A DNA stretch of 63,938 nt, counting the filler, from Lama guanicoe (Eukaryota), in assembly GCA_013239625.1 (NCBI GenBank). It is 197 parts of 197 records of this genome, joined end to end, with 100 filler letters (N's around TTAATTAATTAA, not from the genome) between each part and the next. Parts side by side here need not be neighbours in the genome. Positions count along the whole stretch, not along the records: positions 61,105 to 61,330 come from PNXV01042262.1; positions 61,431 to 61,656 come from PNXV01042263.1; positions 61,757 to 61,982 come from PNXV01042264.1; positions 62,083 to 62,308 come from PNXV01042265.1; positions 62,409 to 62,634 come from PNXV01042266.1; positions 62,735 to 62,960 come from PNXV01042267.1; positions 63,061 to 63,286 come from PNXV01042268.1; positions 63,387 to 63,612 come from PNXV01042269.1; 189 more parts are not named here. One strand, given 5' to 3'. Of the stretch, positions 61,005 to 63,938 are shown one piece after another; the stretch's first letter is position 1; every line of letters begins with the position of its first letter. The notes beneath the pieces are model-generated. The model saw only the letters and a list, made by a program, of their open reading frames with translations, searched no databases and had not been told where the DNA came from. The position numbers and the translations under genes were made by a program.

Positions 61005-61430
61005 NNNNNNNNNNNNNNNNNNNNNNNNNNNNNNNNNNNNNNNNNNNNTTAATTAATTAANNNNNNNNNNNNNNNNNNNNNNNNNNNNNNNNNNNNNNNN
61101 NNNNAAAAAAAAAAAAAAAAAAAGAAAAGCCAGTCCCCAAACACATACAGATTTGCAAGGGTCTTGATTAGCTAAAAACAATCTTGAAAAAAAAGAATGT
61201 TGAAGAACTAACTTCATAATTTCAAAACTTACAATAAAGCTACAGTGGTTTAAAAGATACTGTACTAGCATAAGGACAGACATATAAACCAAACGAATAG
61301 AATAGAGAGCCCAGAAATAAATCCTCACATNNNNNNNNNNNNNNNNNNNNNNNNNNNNNNNNNNNNNNNNNNNNTTAATTAATTAANNNNNNNNNNNNNN
61401 NNNNNNNNNNNNNNNNNNNNNNNNNNNNNN

Positions 61431-61656
61431 CAATTTGCCACCCTTTGAAGCCTAAGACCCTTTTTCTCTGTCACGTCACTCTTATAAAAATACATTGTTC
61501 TTTGATTAAGATGCTATGTATGTCTGACCTCCAGCCACCTCTTTGAGTTACTCATCCTTGCATTTCTCCCAAGTACATATGAGACATGCATGTTAATACA
61601 CTTGTTTATTTTTCTCTTTTGTTATAGAGTCCACAAAAAACCTAAAAGGGTAGAAG
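61431..61656 (+). mobile_element. ERV1 LTR (MER34/MER39-like)
   Basis: ccacctctttgagttactcatc...catgttaata...ttttctcttttgttatagag...aacctaaaagggtagaag resembles a MER34-type LTR 3' end. Confidence 0.6.
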
Positions 61657-62504
61657 NNNNNNNNNNNNNNNNNNNNNNNNNNNNNNNNNNNNNNNNNNNN
61701 TTAATTAATTAANNNNNNNNNNNNNNNNNNNNNNNNNNNNNNNNNNNNNNNNNNNNTCACAGGTGCTGTCCCAAGAGCTCTCCCTAAATTAACTTCCCGT
61801 GTGCTTACGTCCATGGCGGGGTCCGCTTCCGGAGAAACCCAGCCGGCAGTGTGCATTGACAGCTGCAGGGCTCCCCTGGACAAGCGGGACTCCACAAAGT
61901 CACCGGAACAGGTGGTCACTAATTGCCACCTCACAGCCAGGCATCACATTTCTCCTGTCCTGGCTAGGACCCGCCCCAGGGCNNNNNNNNNNNNNNNNNN
62001 NNNNNNNNNNNNNNNNNNNNNNNNNNTTAATTAATTAANNNNNNNNNNNNNNNNNNNNNNNNNNNNNNNNNNNNNNNNNNNNGCTACCAATAAGGTGACT
62101 AGTGGCATTTCATTAATGCCTCCACAGTACCAACCCATTGTATTCAATTAATAAACATGTGACTAATTTTTTTTTTAACACCAGCCCAGTCTAGATCATT
62201 TATTAGATTTCCTAGAGCATCGCTCAGTGCCTATCAAGTAGCAGGTACATAATCATTTCTAAAATTGCAAACCATTAAATAGTATGTATGTATTTTATTC
62301 ATTCATTGNNNNNNNNNNNNNNNNNNNNNNNNNNNNNNNNNNNNNNNNNNNNTTAATTAATTAANNNNNNNNNNNNNNNNNNNNNNNNNNNNNNNNNNNN
62401 NNNNNNNNCTGCACTTCTTGTCTCTGACTCTGCTCTAAGATTGAATCACTTTTTTTTTCCAAGTTTATCAGGGTTATTAAAGTATTCCAATGATGTTGTA
62501 TATT

Positions 62505-62634
62505 CATGTCTTAGCTCTGGTTGTTATCTGAAAATAGACTGGGTGTCTTAAATAATAGAAAGTCAATTCTCACAATTTTGGAAGCTAGGAAGTCTCAAAT
62601 CAAGAGTCTGGCCAGTTAGCTCCTGGTGAGAGCT
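62505..62634 (-). mobile_element. MaLR LTR (MLT1A-like)
   Basis: atagactgggtgtcttaaataatagaaa...ttctcacaattttggaagctaggaagtc.caaatcaag...ctggtgagagct. Confidence 0.75.
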
Positions 62635-63938
62635 NNNNNNNNNNNNNNNNNNNNNNNNNNNNNNNNNNNNNNNNNNNNTTAATTAATTAANNNNNNNNNN
62701 NNNNNNNNNNNNNNNNNNNNNNNNNNNNNNNNNNTGAAGATCTTTTTTGCTAGGTTCCAGTCTTTTATTTGATGCTTGTTTAGAAGTCAGTTGTTTCATT
62801 GCAGTTGTGAGGAGAGGTCATGGAGGCCAATCAGCTGTTTTTCAACAGAGTCACTGCAGGCCATAAGGAACAGTCACGATATATTTAAATTACTTAAAAG
62901 GAAAAACTTAGAACCAAGGCTACCTACTCAGCAAAGATTAATCACAATTGAAAGACAATTNNNNNNNNNNNNNNNNNNNNNNNNNNNNNNNNNNNNNNNN
63001 NNNNTTAATTAATTAANNNNNNNNNNNNNNNNNNNNNNNNNNNNNNNNNNNNNNNNNNNNCTCACCTCCCTTCTGGTCCCTCAGAGCAGGGGAGGGAGGC
63101 CGGGAGAGTACGCTGCCTGAATCTCACAATGACGTGGGAAACCTTCTCTGCATTTCTTCTGTGGTAAAGATTTCCACATGCACCCAGAAACGCTTCACCC
63201 ATTGAACACTGATGGGTAGAGGGCAGAGCAGTGTTCCTACAAGAATTTTCTGGTTAAATGAAACACATCAATTAAAATGACAAAATNNNNNNNNNNNNNN
63301 NNNNNNNNNNNNNNNNNNNNNNNNNNNNNNTTAATTAATTAANNNNNNNNNNNNNNNNNNNNNNNNNNNNNNNNNNNNNNNNNNNNTTCCCGTTGGAACC
63401 CTGCATCAGTCTGGATGAGCTCGGACGGGCCGAAGTAACAAGCAGTCCCCTCGTCGCCTGCTTAAACAAAGCCATGCTCCTCTCTCAGGCTCCCTACCCG
63501 TCACGGGTTGGCGCTGGACTCGCCTCATTCTGGGACCCAGACTATGGGCGCAGCCGGCGTGGGGAGCACCTCAGACACCAAGCCAGAGGGAAAGATGGCA
63601 CTGCGGGATTCGNNNNNNNNNNNNNNNNNNNNNNNNNNNNNNNNNNNNNNNNNNNNTTAATTAATTAANNNNNNNNNNNNNNNNNNNNNNNNNNNNNNNN
63701 NNNNNNNNNNNNGTAGCAGGCGTGACTCTCGGCTTATCTTATCTCAGACAAGCCTCATGCCGTCAAGTCGATGAAAAGCCAGTGCTGACACAGCCATTGA
63801 GACGCTTCAGAGAAACTCTCGGAGAAACTCAGGGGCCATTCGCAGTTACTGCCGCCCGGGCTCGAGGGCTGGCCTGCCTGGGGCCGGCGTCTGTTTTTGG
63901 CTCAGAGAGGCTCAATCCTGGCTTTGAAGTTTCTTTCT

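Larger units (their letters stand above)
226..63712. other. Artificial contig-joining linker N44-TTAATTAATTAA-N44, 196 copies with period 325/326 bp (first copy 226-325, last 63613-63712)
   Basis: The same 100-nt block separates every fragment. The 12-mer is self-complementary with TAA in all three frames on both strands. Almost every ORF in the supplied track runs into it (X-run then N or LIN). Confidence 0.99.

Noticed and set aside
334..63668. Most ORFs in the supplied six-frame track
   Set aside because: They reach the length threshold only by reading through N runs to the linker stops, many start at GTG/TTG, and most lie in repeats.
226..63712. CRISPR-like or other repeat-spacer array (constant repeat, equal-length unique spacers)
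   Set aside because: The repeat is a synthetic 12-mer embedded in Ns, the spacers are 225-bp mammalian contigs, and there are no cas genes. It is an assembly linker.

Overview
This window is not a contiguous locus. It is an artificial concatenation of 197 unrelated short contigs (175 of 225 bp, four of 223-224 bp, then 18 of 226 bp from position 58171, i.e. sorted by length). They are joined by 196 identical 100-nt linkers, N44-TTAATTAATTAA-N44, a palindromic six-frame stop spacer. About 44.3 kb is real sequence, and adjacency between fragments means nothing biologically. The DNA is mammalian. Repeated tRNA-Ala-derived SINEs of the Vic-1 type point to a camelid (alpaca, llama, vicuna or camel) unplaced-contig bin. 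Most fragments are LINE-1, MIR/L2, LTR/ERV, DNA-transposon, satellite-like or simple-repeat pieces. Recognisable coding pieces are CACNA1I exon 1, two ANKRD26-family exons, a TRBV promoter plus leader exon, a GBP4/6/7-type exon, a SLAM-family IgV exon, a MAGE domain, an OR2AK2-like receptor, an RPS24 processed pseudogene, a decayed ERV1 pol, and an uninterrupted, CpG-retaining EnvR(b)/PABL-like retroviral env fragment that the ORF track missed. That env fragment is the best biological lead. No multi-gene system can be inferred here, and the regular repeat-spacer pattern is an assembly artefact, not a CRISPR array. All gene and repeat calls come from remembered sequences; no database search was run.
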